DNA from: Diplonema japonicum
Taxonomy: Eukaryota > Protista > Euglenozoa: Diplonemea
DNA: 64,000 nt
Assembly: GCA_964019335.1 (NCBI GenBank)
Contig: OZ025761.1
Location: 130,595 to 194,594 of the forward strand
Direction: 5' to 3'
Below are positions 22,018 to 34,442 of this stretch, in pieces. A program made the translations under genes and the position numbers. Position 1 is the stretch's first letter. Each line of letters begins with the position of its first letter. The notes under the pieces were generated by a model. It was not told the DNA's origin. It worked only from the letters and a program-made list of their open reading frames with translations, and did not search any database.

Positions 22018-23727
22018 ATGAGATGCACGCCACTGCTTTGCTTCATCCTGCCGACGGATGACGCTGCAACAATCTTCGTTAAGAAGCTGATCATGATTTC
22101 GGTGCTTGCCACTTTCGTTTTGGTTTGTACGAACCTCATAACAGTCGGTGGGAACGTTGTGATTCAGGCAAGTAAGGTAGCAACTGTGGTGGTCGCGGCG
22201 TCCGTGGGGGCACAGCTCGTGATCGAGAAGAAGGTGCGGCTTGGAGTTTATGAGGCTTTTCTATACTTTATGGGTGTCGTGGTTTTCAAGGCGGACCTTG
22301 TAGCAATTGCAGTGATGGATGGGGACAGGATGTGGCCTTTCTTCGTAGTGATGATTGATGCGTGCCTCGTGTGCAAGATGCCCACGCGAGTCAGCACTAA
22401 CCTCATAGCAATGCTCCTCACATGGCTCCTTGTTGTTGCCGCCGAGAGCTCTTTCCGATTTGGGCTCTTCGACCTCTTCTTCCTACCTAGCCAAGAGGAC
22501 CGCTTCGAGGTTGTGGACTGCACTGAGCTCCCCTGCAAGTTACCTGTCACTCAATCATCTGCTGGTTACGCCACCAAGAGCATTATCTTCCTCCTGGACT
22601 TCTACTTCACCCGTGGCTTTGCATACGACCTCCAAAAGGAGCACGACAAGATGAACAAAGTTATCACGGCGGCCGAGCAGATCTCCACCTCCCTCTCCCG
22701 CTTCGACCTCACCGCTGCTGAGTCTGTCATCAACGACGCCTCCCTCCCAGACCCCCTCTACGACTCTTTCAACCGCATCCTCTGCAACCTCCACATCTAC
22801 CGTCCCTACCTTCCCCAGTCCTGTTTCCAGGGTGAAGACTTCACTGATTCCTCTGAGTGTGGAGGGGAAAAGTCGCCCAGCGACTCGGATTCCTTTGCAT
22901 CCACTAAGTCATTTAGCTCTTCTGTAGCGTTCTCAGAAAACAAATTAGAATCCACGAAAGCACTCGAAGCCACGAGAGCACTCGAAAAGAGGAGATGTAC
23001 CTTCACTGTGGCGAACATGCTTGGGTCACACAGCGAAGCATCGAGGGACATCGTGGCATACCAAGTGAGGTACAAGGAGTTCATGGAGGAAGTCCTTTCC
23101 TGCTACTCCCGTGTGTCAGGTGTTGTGAGTGTTGTGGTTGGGGACCATGTGCATGTTTCCTTCAATGCTGTGAGGAGGTGTGTAAGCCATGCTGTGAGTG
23201 CGATACAGGGGACAATGGATCTGCACACTGGGGCCCATGAGAAGGGGATCGATGTGGTGACAGGGGTGGCGAGCGGGACAGCTTTCTGCGGCCCATTGGG
23301 ATGTGCTGAGCTCATGTCGGTTGGAGTGATCGGACCCTCTGCTGTGGTGGCTTCTGTGGTTCAGGACTTTGCAAGGGCGCAGGGACTGAAGGTAGCCTGC
23401 AGTGGCAGTGTGTACAGCGAGGTGTCTCATGCCTTCACAATGCGGATCGTGTTGGAAACGGTGGGGGTGGTGGGATCGAAGGCTGTTGAGCTTGGGTACG
23501 AGGTACTGGTGGAAAGCAATGACAAGGAGAAAGTCGAGGAGGAGTGGATGTACCAGCTGGAGGAGCGTCCGTGGGATTCCTACAACACAGCAGGGAAGCA
23601 GTACCTCCTTGGGAACGTTGAGGAGGCCCTTCGTGTTCTGAGGATCGAACGGGTGAGGAGTGAAGAAGTTCTGGTCGCAGAGACCGTTTTGGTGAAGATT
23701 ATTGAGGGAGGCATAACATGGAACTAA
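22018..23727 (+). CDS. Multi-TM degenerate cyclase copy 2
   Basis: Intact 569-aa paralog of 13477; the C-terminal two thirds are almost identical. Confidence 0.85.
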   Translation: MRCTPLLCFILPTDDAATIFVKKLIMISVLATFVLVCTNLITVGGNVVIQASKVATVVVAASVGAQLVIEKKVRLGVYEAFLYFMGVVVFKADLVAIAVMDGDRMWPFFVVMIDACLVCKMPTRVSTNLIAMLLTWLLVVAAESSFRFGLFDLFFLPSQEDRFEVVDCTELPCKLPVTQSSAGYATKSIIFLLDFYFTRGFAYDLQKEHDKMNKVITAAEQISTSLSRFDLTAAESVINDASLPDPLYDSFNRILCNLHIYRPYLPQSCFQGEDFTDSSECGGEKSPSDSDSFASTKSFSSSVAFSENKLESTKALEATRALEKRRCTFTVANMLGSHSEASRDIVAYQVRYKEFMEEVLSCYSRVSGVVSVVVGDHVHVSFNAVRRCVSHAVSAIQGTMDLHTGAHEKGIDVVTGVASGTAFCGPLGCAELMSVGVIGPSAVVASVVQDFARAQGLKVACSGSVYSEVSHAFTMRIVLETVGVVGSKAVELGYEVLVESNDKEKVEEEWMYQLEERPWDSYNTAGKQYLLGNVEEALRVLRIERVRSEEVLVAETVLVKIIEGGITWN

Positions 23728-23976
23728 TCACTTTGTGGCGATTGTCTTTGAAATGATTGGTTTCCACCAGTTATCAAATGACACCAGCCTGCTTTTGGTC
23801 TCTGGTATGACGTTACTTCATCCGTCGACGCTTCTGGGCCAGCATTTTCTGCCGTCTATTCTCCTCTTCCTTTTTCACTTCGTTCTGTTATTTTCATTAT
23901 TCTTTCCGGCAATAGACTGATACGGGCCATGGAAGCAACTTCTGCTTAATTACTGGATGGTTCCTGTTTTCGCGGG

Positions 23977-24276
23977 ATCCTCATAGCAATGCTGCTCACA
24001 TGGCTCCTTGTTGTTACTGTCGAGAGCTCTTTCCGCTTCGACCTCTTCTTCCTAACCAGCCAAGAGGACCGCTTCGAGGTTGTGGACTGCACTGAGCTCC
24101 CCTGCAAGGTACTTGTCACTCGGTATCAGCTTCGTTACTAGGTCCATGATCTTCCTCCTGGACTTCTACGTCACCCGTGGCTTTGCATACGACCTCCAAA
24201 TGGAGCACAAGATGAACAAGGTTATCACGGCGGCCGAGCAGATCTCCACCTCCCTCTCCCGCTTCAACCTCACTTC
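23977..24276 (+). pseudogene. Internal fragment of a multi-TM degenerate cyclase gene
   Basis: Matches the ILIAMLLTWLLVVTVESSFR...STSLSRFNLT region with small deletions. Confidence 0.8.
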
Positions 24277-24327
24277 TGATCCAACTTTTGTTTGTACCCA
24301 TATAATAAAGGTTGGGGGTTTTTTTAA

Positions 24328-27300
24328 CCATCTACCAACGGACCATTTTTGCCCACCAGGGGGTAAATTTTCAAAACTTCAAAAAAAAAAAACTATTCTA
24401 GCGCAACGCCGGGGCTATATGCCCCCGGAAATGCCTCCAGATGTCCCGATTCTAGAGAGTGGGTGCCCACAGCAGGGCCCGCCCCCACAACATTGTCAAA
24501 AATATCGTTCCTGAAGTACTCGAGAGGGGGTACAAAAAACAAGTCAGCATCAGCAAGCTACAAGAGTCATGAAAACACAATGTTCCAGCCCCGATATTGT
24601 GATCGGACAAACGAAGTGCCCCAGGAGCTGGAAGCTGTTAGAAGACTGGAACTCTGATCACTGGCCGATTTTAACAAAAGTCCCATACGAAAAAGCAGCG
24701 CAAAAAAGGTGCTACAATTGCAATGGCGAAGGGCGAACTGGTAGAAGTACACTGCGGACCTCGAACAGAAAACCCCGAAGGTCAAGAAATGCAAGGATCC
24801 CGAAGAAGCAATAACGAGAATGACCGCACACCTGAAGATTGCGGCAAAGGCGAACATCCCCCTCATTCCGCGAAGACCAGTAGAGCAGACGAAGCTATGG
24901 TGGACGGAAGAGGTGAAAAAGCTGCAAGAGAAAGAAAACAAATTGAAAATGAAAATTGGGACTGAAGGAGGCACAAAGGAGGAAGGAGAGAAACTGCAAC
25001 GATTAGTGCAAGAGCTCAGAGAACAAGAGAGACAAGAAAGAGAAAGAGCCTGACAGAGAATCTCGGAGAAGCTGGGAAGTATCCGAGGAACCCGTCGAGG
25101 GGCCCGTCTTCAAGCTAGTAAGGGCGATGGACGGAAAAAAGACGAGAAGCAGCGCAGATCAACCATTAGTCATGGAGGGCAAGGTAATACATGACAAACT
25201 ACAGAAGGCGGAAATCCTTGGGGAATACTTTGCATCGATAAGCAAGACCACCCAAGCGCACCACTTCAACCCCGACCACATCCAGCACCCCTTGACCGAC
25301 TCCGAACAGCCATTCAACAACGAAGAATTAAAGAATGCCCTCCGAGAAACCCAGTCCCACAAAAGCCCTGGCATTGATGGCTTGCATAACGAGATGCTAA
25401 AGCAGCTAGGCCCAAAAGCAATGGATGCTCTACTACATGTCACATGGCAAGAAAGCTGCATACCCCAACGCTGGCGCGACGCACTCACGAAGCCCTTACC
25501 CAAACCGATGAAAGACCACACGGAACCAAGCAACTACCGTCCCATTGACCTCACCAGCAACCTGTGTAAGCTGGTCGAAAAGATGATAAAAACGCGGCTT
25601 CAATATCTGCACGAAGACGGGTTAACACACAAGCGGGCTTCCAAGCAGGCAGGTCGACCGTGGAGCAGATAGCAGCGCTAACGCAACACTGAAGGACGGG
25701 CAAGCAGACAAAAAGGTAACCTTCTCGATATTCTTAGATTTCGAGAAGGCCTTTGACACAGGACAAAAGACACGATTGATGGAGAAGCTGGTAGATATGA
25801 ACCTTCCCCCACTGTACCTGAACTGGATTGGGGCATTCCTGCTCAACAGACAAGCAGCAGTGATCATGGACGGGGTGAAGGGAACGAACCGCTACAAAGA
25901 GGAAGGGAACGGCTCTCACCACTGCTGTTCCTCTACTACGTGGACGACATTGCAAGGACGCTGGAGGCAGAAGGACACGGTGTCCTGGCATCTCTGTACG
26001 CGGACGACATGGCGGCAGTTGTCACAGGAGACAACCTAGAAGAGGCACAGAAGAAGGCACAAGAAGTACTCGACAAGATCGATGCATGGGCCAAAAGCTG
26101 GGGACTGAAACTGTCGCGCAAGAAAACCTGCTTCATGACAACCGGCACCACGGACAAGAACAAGGAGCGCTGTTCTTCAAGGAAGGCCCGCAAACGACAA
26201 CCGTGCAATACAACGAAAACCCCATGTTCCTGGGTGTGATCTTCGACGAGAAGATAACCTTCAAAGCCCACATGAGGTACGTAAAAACACGGCTCAAAGA
26301 AAGGATCAGGGTGATGTGGGCGCTGTCAGGCACGGAATGGGGGAGCATGGCATCCACCCTCAGGGCGGTATACCTGACCTTCGCCCAGTAGTGACCTACG
26401 CTCTGGGAATCTACGGACCAATGCTAACTGACAAGGACATGACGGATCTCCAGAAAATCCACAACACCGCAGCCAGGTGCATCACAGGCTGCCACCCCTC
26501 GACCCCCATCGAATCCCTTTTGAGGATAGCGCGACTCTGGCCGATCAAGAGTCTAATCCGCAACGAGACCTCCATCTGGTACGAACGGTTCCAACGGATG
26601 GAAGGAACAAGCGGGTACAAGGCGGCACAGGGGACAGGGAAGGACAAGTCGTGGCTCTACAACGCACGAGAAAGGGAAAGAGCACTGAAGATGAACGAGA
26701 GCGAACGAGCACCGCTCCACAGGAAAGCGGCCATCCCACCTTGGGAGTGGGGAGTACTTGAAAGGCTTGAAATAAGAACAGAAGGTAGTGGTACAAAGAA
26801 GCTGGAGAAGACAGAGCTGCCCTCCAAACGATCGCCAGACTACCGAAGGCCGACATCACTGTGTACACCGACGGGTCGGTCGCAGAAGGCAGGGGTGGAG
26901 CAGGGATCCTGATCGAGCGGGTCGATGGAACAACGGAGCTCAGCACAGGAGTTTGCACCCACTGCGACAGCTACCAGGCGGAGATGTCGGCGATCAGCAC
27001 TGCACTCACAAAGCTGAACGGAGAGAACACACAGGACAAGCAGATCAACCTCCTGACGGACTCGATGTCTTGCTACAGAAACTAAAGCAGGGCCCCGCAA
27101 GGCAACAAGAGGACATGGTGGTCGAAGTGTGGCATGGCATACACACACTGAGAGGGAACCAACTCACTGCTGCTACATCCCGGGCCACTGCGGGCTGGAA
27201 GGAAATGAGAAGGCTGACGACCTAGCCGGACGAGGCAGGGACGAAGAGGCAACCCGAAAGATCAGCATGAGCGCAGCAAAGAACTACCTATTACAATCTG

Positions 27301-27724
27301 AGAAAAGAGAGTTTCTAGCAGGCTTGGACAAAAAGAAGACCTACTTCAGATGCGCAGGGAAGCACCCAAGAGGATGGAGGGACTCAGCAGACGAGAGGAA
27401 GTACTCATCAACCGACTGAAATCCGGGCACCACGAACTGTTAAAAGAGAACTACAAGCCACGCACTTGCGAAAGCTGCGGCCCCACAACAGAGAGAACAC
27501 TCGAACACCTCCTCCTAAAGTGCCCTGCAACCGAAGCGGCGAGGGCGAAGCACTTCGACACCCTGACGCTGAAGCACGTCCTAGTGGAAGAACCCCGAAA
27601 GCGATCCTGTTTCTCGCCGAAACAGAGATGCAACCCCCCAGCACAGCAGCCGACCGAACAGACGCAGCAGTGTGAAGAAAATAGAAAACCCCCCAACGAA
27701 CTTTTCCCCACCCCATAACGTGAT

Positions 27725-27768
<44 letters not shown>

Positions 27769-27798
27769 TACTGAGGTCCGGCACCCGCAGTAGCCAAG

Positions 27799-27829
<31 letters not shown>

Positions 27830-28924
27830 GTAAAGTGCCAAACAACCAGCAAAGCTTGTGGGATGAGAACACCAGTACGGTCATGAGTACCCGGGCAACC
27901 GGGTGAGCGTCTCGAGACACTTCCAACCCACCTAGTGGGTGCGGCCTTAGCAAGTCGAAAAAGAAGTGGAATTTAAAAAAAAATTCTCTTTTGGCCGACA
28001 CGCCAAATTTGACTTCACCAGAACATCCAACGTCGACAGAAAGCGCACAGGCTTGATGGCATGCCACGTTGTGGTGCAAAGGATGCTCACGTGCTGGTGG
28101 AACTGGGTGTCCCCACAGGGTGCGCGTCCTTGGGCTTGCGGACTCGCTTCTTTGGGGCATCCGTGATCTCCGGGAGGCCTTCGCGATAGGTAGAAGTCAG
28201 CACACTTGTTTGTTTCGCTGTGGAAACACAGATTTCCCAGAATAGTCAAAAAGCGGTCTCTTGACATGACGGTGGCCCAGGGGTGTGGTTGAGAGGCGTG
28301 GAGCCAGTGCACCAGTAGTCAGAATAATCTGGCTTGATATCCAAGTCCATCGACAAAAGGGCACCTAGGAAGGTACGCAGAGAAGCAGCATCGAGATCAG
28401 GGAAACACCTTTTTTAGCCGCATTTGCCACATTGTTCGAAGTTATGACCTAAATAACGTTTGGGACGAGCATTTGGGAGAATATATGGCGTTGAGCCTCT
28501 GATGTCAAAACAGGGTCCACAAGGATTCCGATCTTCACGAAACCGGATGCCTTCCAACCGCTCCGGCTTTGCTGTCCAATCACCCTGCTGTGACTCGGAA
28601 TCGGTCGAATTCGAATCAGAATCACTGCTCGTATCAAAATTGCATAATAGGGATGAGCCATCAGTGCTGCCATCACTCATAATGTCCTCTTCCGGCCTCT
28701 TTCTGGGTGCCCTTTTTTGAAGTGATTTTTAAGGGTAAATTTGGGCTGGCGTTTCTTTTATTTTTCGTTTTCTTGCAAAGTTAGGGCACATTTAGTTTAT
28801 ATTTTTCATATTTTCCGCGCAGGACCCCGGATGCGAGAAGTAGCCGGGCTGTATTGCATTGAAAGCCCTTTGCGCAAAATATTTTTTCCAAATCGTCTCT
28901 ATATAGACGCTCGTTGGTAGATAG
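24328..28924 (-). mobile_element. piggyBac-like DNA transposon (defective) interrupted by a LINE
   Basis: TTAA at 24324 and 28925. TIRs ccatctaccaacg / cgttggtagatag. Segments 24328-24477 and 27984-28924 are the reverse complement of the 32813-34303 element. Encodes VMSRDRFLTILGNLCF. Confidence 0.9.
24478..27983 (+). mobile_element. ingi/I-group LINE (5'-truncated, frameshifted): APE end, RT, RNase H, zinc finger, poly(A)
   Basis: APE: SPDIVI..DWNSDHWPI. RT: KSPGIDG, NYRPIDLTS, DFEKAFD, LYADDM. RNase H: YTDGS, AEMSAI, LTDS, IPGHCGLEGNEKADDLA. Zinc finger: CESC..TLEHLLLKC. Confidence 0.92.
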
Positions 28925-28934
28925 TTAAAAAGAA

Positions 28935-30092
28935 ATGAGCCTGACGGTGTTCATCAAGATGGAGAACAAGGAGACGCACGAGGTGGAGCTAAAAGGCCAT
29001 GACACTGTGAAAGACCTGTACAGAAGGGCGGGGAAGGCTGCTGCGGTGGAGGAAAAGACTTTTCTTTTGTATTTCGAAGGTGCAGTACTGAACGAGGAAC
29101 TGGACGAGACTCTCGGTGGGAATGAGATACAGCACCTTGGGATGTGGGAGGGGTGCGAGCTCCTTCTCTGCTGCAATGTCCGCAACACGATGTGTGTCAT
29201 TTCACAGGAGCTGTCTTTTCAAATGGGGGCGATAGAAAGGCGTTTGGAGGAGGACCCTGACCTTCTTCTTCAGGTAGATACGTCGGGTGTGGGGAACGAC
29301 ATGCACCTATACATATCCCAGTACAGTCTTCATAAGAATCTTCGTCACCTCAAAGTGACGGACCCTGGTCAGTGTGTGACCCACATTAGGGATGGCTTCT
29401 TACGGGAATGTACATCCCTTGTGACCGTGGACCTCACCTCCCTTCAGAGTGTTCGAGAAGTTGGAAATAACTTCATGACGAGATGCACTGCATTGCAAAG
29501 TGTTGACCTCACCCCTTTCCACAGGGTCACGTCTGTGGGAAGGCCGAAGACCTACAGGAACAGCTTGCTGTGTGAATGCGAGTCTTTGACAGAGGTGGAT
29601 TTAAGCCCTCTTCGAAATGTAGACACCATCACTGACTACTTTCTGAGTGGGTGCAAGTCTTTGAAGGTTGTTGACCTGAGCCCGCTTCGCAACGTTAAGA
29701 CAATTGGTGTATACTTCCTGGCTTACTGCTCGTCCTTAGAGAGAGTCGATCTGAGCCCGCTGAGTAAGCTGACTACACTGAACGGAGGGTTCATGACAGG
29801 CTGCACGTCTCTGAGGACGCTCAACGTTAACCCCCTTCGAAACGTGACAATAATCGACCATGATTTCCTTGCGCACAACGATTCTCTAACCTCTGTTGAG
29901 CTCGGTCGGTTGCGCTTGAAGTGTGCAGGTTGGAAGTTTCTCGCACACTGCCCTTCCTTGACTTCGGTCGACCTTACCAACCTTAGAAAATGCGTAACGA
30001 TGGTCGGGTGTCACTTCATGGAAGGCTGCGATAGCATACCCGAAGAGGATCGCAGCACGCCGCAAGAGAACTGTGGTTGTGCTGTGAGTTGA
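28935..30092 (+). CDS. UBL-LRR-CaaX protein copy 3
   Basis: Intact 385-aa paralog with a divergent LRR block. Ends NCGCAVS. Confidence 0.85.
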   Translation: MSLTVFIKMENKETHEVELKGHDTVKDLYRRAGKAAAVEEKTFLLYFEGAVLNEELDETLGGNEIQHLGMWEGCELLLCCNVRNTMCVISQELSFQMGAIERRLEEDPDLLLQVDTSGVGNDMHLYISQYSLHKNLRHLKVTDPGQCVTHIRDGFLRECTSLVTVDLTSLQSVREVGNNFMTRCTALQSVDLTPFHRVTSVGRPKTYRNSLLCECESLTEVDLSPLRNVDTITDYFLSGCKSLKVVDLSPLRNVKTIGVYFLAYCSSLERVDLSPLSKLTTLNGGFMTGCTSLRTLNVNPLRNVTIIDHDFLAHNDSLTSVELGRLRLKCAGWKFLAHCPSLTSVDLTNLRKCVTMVGCHFMEGCDSIPEEDRSTPQENCGCAVS

Positions 30093-30182
30093 ATCCTAAC
30101 CCCCCCCCTCAACCATCCCTTCTTTTCCTTCCATTTAGGGAAACAGCTCTTTAGCCTTTTTTTCAACAAAAAGGTAGGTGAA

Positions 30183-31229
30183 ATGAGCCTAACGGCGTTT
30201 ATCAAGACGGAGAACAAGGAGACGCACGAGGTAGAGCTAAGAGGCCTTGACACTGTGAAGGATGTGTACAGGAAGGCGGGGAAGGCTGCTGCGGTGGAGG
30301 TGGGAACCTTCCTCTTGCATTTTGATGGTGAAGAACTAAAGATCGACACCTTCGGTGTGAATGAGATACAGCACCTTGGGATGTGGGAGGGGTGCGAGCT
30401 CCTTCTCTGCTGCAATGTCCGCAACACGATGTGTGTCCTTTCACAGGAGCTGTCTTCAGAAAGAGACAAGGAAGGCAATAGAACGGCGTTTGGAGGAGGA
30501 CCCTGACCTTCTTCTTCAGGTGGAGGCAAATGATCTACATCTTGACTTCTCCTCTGAAGACGTCCCTTCTGGCCTTCGTCACCTCCGAGTGACGGACCCC
30601 GAGCAGTGTGTGACCTGCATTCCGAATCTCTTCCTAAATAGATGCAAGTCCCTTGTCACCCTTGACTTCACCTCTCTTCAGAATGTTATGGAGGTGGGAT
30701 ATTGTTTTCTTTTTGGATGCAAGTCATTGCAGGCTGTTGACCTTTCCCCCTTTCGCAACATCACAAAGGTAAGACCTGGTTTCTTTCTGACTGCGAATCC
30801 CTGACAGGAGTGGATTTAGGACCCCTTCAGAACGTAACAGTGGTGGGCTGTTGCTTCATGTCTCACTGCATCTCTCTGCAAACCCTTGATGTGGCCCCTC
30901 TTCGGAATGTAACGACGATCGGCCACAATTTTCTCAGCTCCTGCAGTTCCCTCACTTCTGTGGATCTTGGCCTTCGTGATGTGGCGTCGGTGGGCGATAA
31001 GTTTCTCAGCTGTTGCAGGTGCCTCACTTCTGTTGACCTCAGTGCGATGCCGAACTTGACAAAGTTAGGGGGTAGGTTTCTTTCTGACTGCAGTTCTCTG
31101 ACCACTGTTAACCTCGGTACCCTGAGGGAGAGGGTTACAGATGTCGGGTATCGCTACATGGCTGGCTGCAACAAGTTACCTTCCACGCAGCGCAAGAGGC
31201 CAGGGAAGACTAGCTGTTCTGTGTGTTGA
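30183..31229 (+). pseudogene. UBL-LRR-CaaX protein copy 4 (two frameshifts, near 30460 and 30790)
   Basis: Three consecutive ORF fragments rebuild the paralog. Ends TSCSVC. Confidence 0.8.
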
Positions 31230-31365
31230 GCCCCTTCCGGAACCTCAGCGGCAACACCCGTCTTTCTTCTTTTTTTTCGGGCGGCCCTCCATGGGGTTTG
31301 TCCTGCACTTTGAGCCAGTCGTTCTTCTTTTTTTCTATTCTGACTTTCCACACTCACAACAGGCA

Positions 31366-32656
31366 ATGAGATGCACGCCACTGCTTTGCTTCATCCTGCC
31401 GACGGATGACGCTGCAACAATCTTCGTTAAGAAGCTGATCATGATTTCGGTGCTTTCATGTTTGGTTGTGCTTGGTTTGGGCATCATAACAGTCGGTGGG
31501 AACACGTTCATTCAGGCAAGGAGGGTGACAAGTGTGGTGGTTGCGACGGCCGTGGTTGCATACGGCCTCCAAAAGGAGCACGACAAAATGAACAAGGTTA
31601 TCACGGCGGCCGAGCAGATCTCCACCTCCCTCTCCCGCTTCGACCTCACCGCTGCTGAGTCTGTCATCAACGACGCCTCCCTCCCAGACCCTCTCTACGA
31701 CTCTTTCAGCCGCATCCTCTGCAACCTCCACATCTACCGTCCCTACCTTCCGCAGTCCTGTTTCCAGGGTGAAGACTTCACTGATTCCTCTGAGTGTGGA
31801 GGGGAAAAGTCGCCCAGCGACTCGGATTCCTTTGCATCCACTAAGTCATTTAGCTCTTCTGTAGTGTGCTCCGCAAACCACCAACTAGAGTCCACGAAAA
31901 GCACTCGAAGCCACGAGAGCACTCGAAAAGAAGCGATGTACCTTCACTGTGGCGAACATGCTTGGGTCACACAGCGAAGCATCGAGGGACATCGTGGCAT
32001 ACCAAGTGAGGTACAAGGAGTTCATGGAGGAAGTCCTTTCCTGCTACTCCCGTGTGTCAGGTGTTGTGAGTGTTGTGGTTGGGGACCATGTGCATGTTTC
32101 CTTCAATGCTGTGAGGAGGTGTGTTAGCCATGCTGTGAATGCAATGCAAGGGACAATGGATCTGCACACTGGGGCCCATGAGAAGGGGATCGATGTGGTG
32201 ACAGGGGTGGCGAGCGGGACAGCTTTCTGTGGCCCATTGGGATGTGCTGAGCTCATGTCGGTTGGAGTGATCGGACCCTCTGCTGTGGTGGCTTCTGTGG
32301 TTCAGGACTTTGCAAGGTCCCAGGGACTGAAGGTAGCCTGCAGTGGCAGTGTGTACAGCGAGGTGTCTCATGCCTTCACAATGCGGATCGTGTTGGAAAC
32401 GGTGGGGGTGGGATCGAAGGCTGTTGAGCTTGGGTACGAGGTACTGGTGGAAAGCAAGGACAAGGAGAAAGTCGAGGAGGAGTGGATGTACCAGCTGGAG
32501 GAGCGTCCGTGGGATTCCTACAACACAGCAGGGAAGCAGTACCTCCTTGGGAACGTTGAGGAGGCCCTTCGTGTTCTGAGGATCGAGCGGGTGAGGAGTG
32601 AAGAAGTTCTGGTCGCAGAGACCGTTTTGGTGGCGATGATTATGGAGGGGGCATAG
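31366..32656 (+). pseudogene. Multi-TM degenerate cyclase copy (TM region deleted; +1 frameshift near 31900)
   Basis: TM2 is joined directly to AYGLQKEHDK. An extra A in acgaaaagc shifts the frame. Confidence 0.85.
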
Positions 32657-32812
32657 CATGGAACTAATCACTTTGTGGCGATTGGCTTTGAAATAATTGG
32701 TTTCCACCAGTTATCAAATGTCTTAAGAAATGAGGGTCGATTTCATAGGAATGAAAATAAGAAAAAAGAAGGAAAAAAAGAAAGGAAACCAACAAATATG
32801 AGTAAATGTTAA

Positions 32813-34303
32813 CCATCTACCAACGAGCGTCTAAATTTAGACGATTTGAAAAAAAATCTTTTACGCAAAGGGCTTTCAATGCAATACGGCCCGGCCCTTT
32901 CTTGCCGGCGGGGTCCTGCGCGGAAAATATGAAAAATATAAACTAAATGCTGCCCTAACTTAACAAGAAAATGAAAAAATAAAAAAAAACGCCAGCCCAA
33001 ATTTACCCTTAAAAATCACTTCAAAAAAAGGCGCCCGGAAAGAGGCCGGAAGAGGACGTCATGAGTGATGGCAGCACTGATGGCTCATCCCTAAGATACG
33101 AATTCGACCGATTCCGAGTCACAGCAGGGTGATTGGACAGCAAAGCCGGAGCAATTGGAAGGCATCCGGTTTCGTGAAGATCGGAATCCTTGTGGACCCT
33201 GTTTTGACATCAAAGGCTCAACGCCATACCATATATTCTCCCAAATGCTCGTCCCAAACTTTATTCGGGTCATAACTTCGAACAATGTGGCAAATGCGGC
33301 TAAAAAAGGTGTCTCCCTGGATCTCGATGCTGCTTCTCTGCGTACCTTCCTAGGTGCCCTTTTGTCGATGGACTTGGATATCAAGCCAGATTATTCTGAC
33401 TACTGGTGCACTGGCTCCACGCCTCTCAACCACACCCCTGGGTACGCCACCGTCATGTCAAGAGACCGCTTTTTGACTATTCTGGGAAATCTGTGTTTCC
33501 ACAGCGAAACAAACAAGTGTGCTGACTTCTACCTATCGCGAAGGCCTCCCGGAGATCATGGATGCCCCAAAGAAGCGAGTCCGCAAGCCCAAGGACGCGC
33601 ATCCCGTGGGGACACAGTTCCACCAGCACGCGAGCATCCTTTGCACCACAACGTGGCATGACATCAAGCCTGTGTGCTTTCTATCGACGTTGGATGTTCC
33701 AGTGATGTCAAATTTGACCGTCCGCCAAAAGAGAATGAAAGCCGGAAAGGACATCTTGTTCCCCACCAAGTGCATATTTACAACACCGCAATGGGCGGAA
33801 CCGACGCTGGGTGACGCTGTGACAAAACGCCATAAACGCACCCTTATGACTTAAAAGTGGCCCCTAAAAGTATTTTCGTACTTGTTAGGTAAATCTCTGG
33901 CGAATGCTTGGCTTGTTTGGAAAGAAGCCTTGCCCCCCAACACCCTGAGTACGAACGACAGTGTATTGACGCCTTTCAAAGAGGCAGTCATCGAAGGGCT
34001 ACTAGGGAGGTCAACTACAGAGCAGGCTGCCCCAATACCATGCCCCGAAACACAGAACGAGTGCTCTGAGACCCCAATGCGCCGTGACAGTACCTTCTGG
34101 GACCATTTCCCCGAAAAAGTAGTGCAACGTGCGGTGCAAGCATTGCAAGTCGAAAAGACCCCTGCTGTGGGCACCCTCTCTAGAATTGGGACATCTGGAG
34201 GCATTTCCGGGGGCATATAGCCCCGGCGTTGCGCTAGAATAGCTTTTTTTGAAGTTTTGAAAATTTACCCCCTGGTTGGCAAAAATGGTCCGTTGGTAGA
34301 TGG
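32813..34303 (+). mobile_element. piggyBac-like DNA transposon, internally deleted
   Basis: TTAA at both ends and a perfect 13-bp TIR ccatctaccaacg/cgttggtagatgg. Transposase remnants: LRTFLGALLSM..DYW, MSRDRF, WHDIKPVCFLST, KWPLKVFSYLL..ANAWLVW. Confidence 0.92.
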
Positions 34304-34442
34304 TTAACTTACATTCCATTTTCCGCTTCATGCAGAACTCGAAAGACGCCGTGGATGCTCCGAAGTTGAAGGAGTACAGGTTTGCGACAGCTTAGTTCCT
34401 ATCAAAATGAATTTTTAAATCTTTTGGTACCCACAACAGGAA

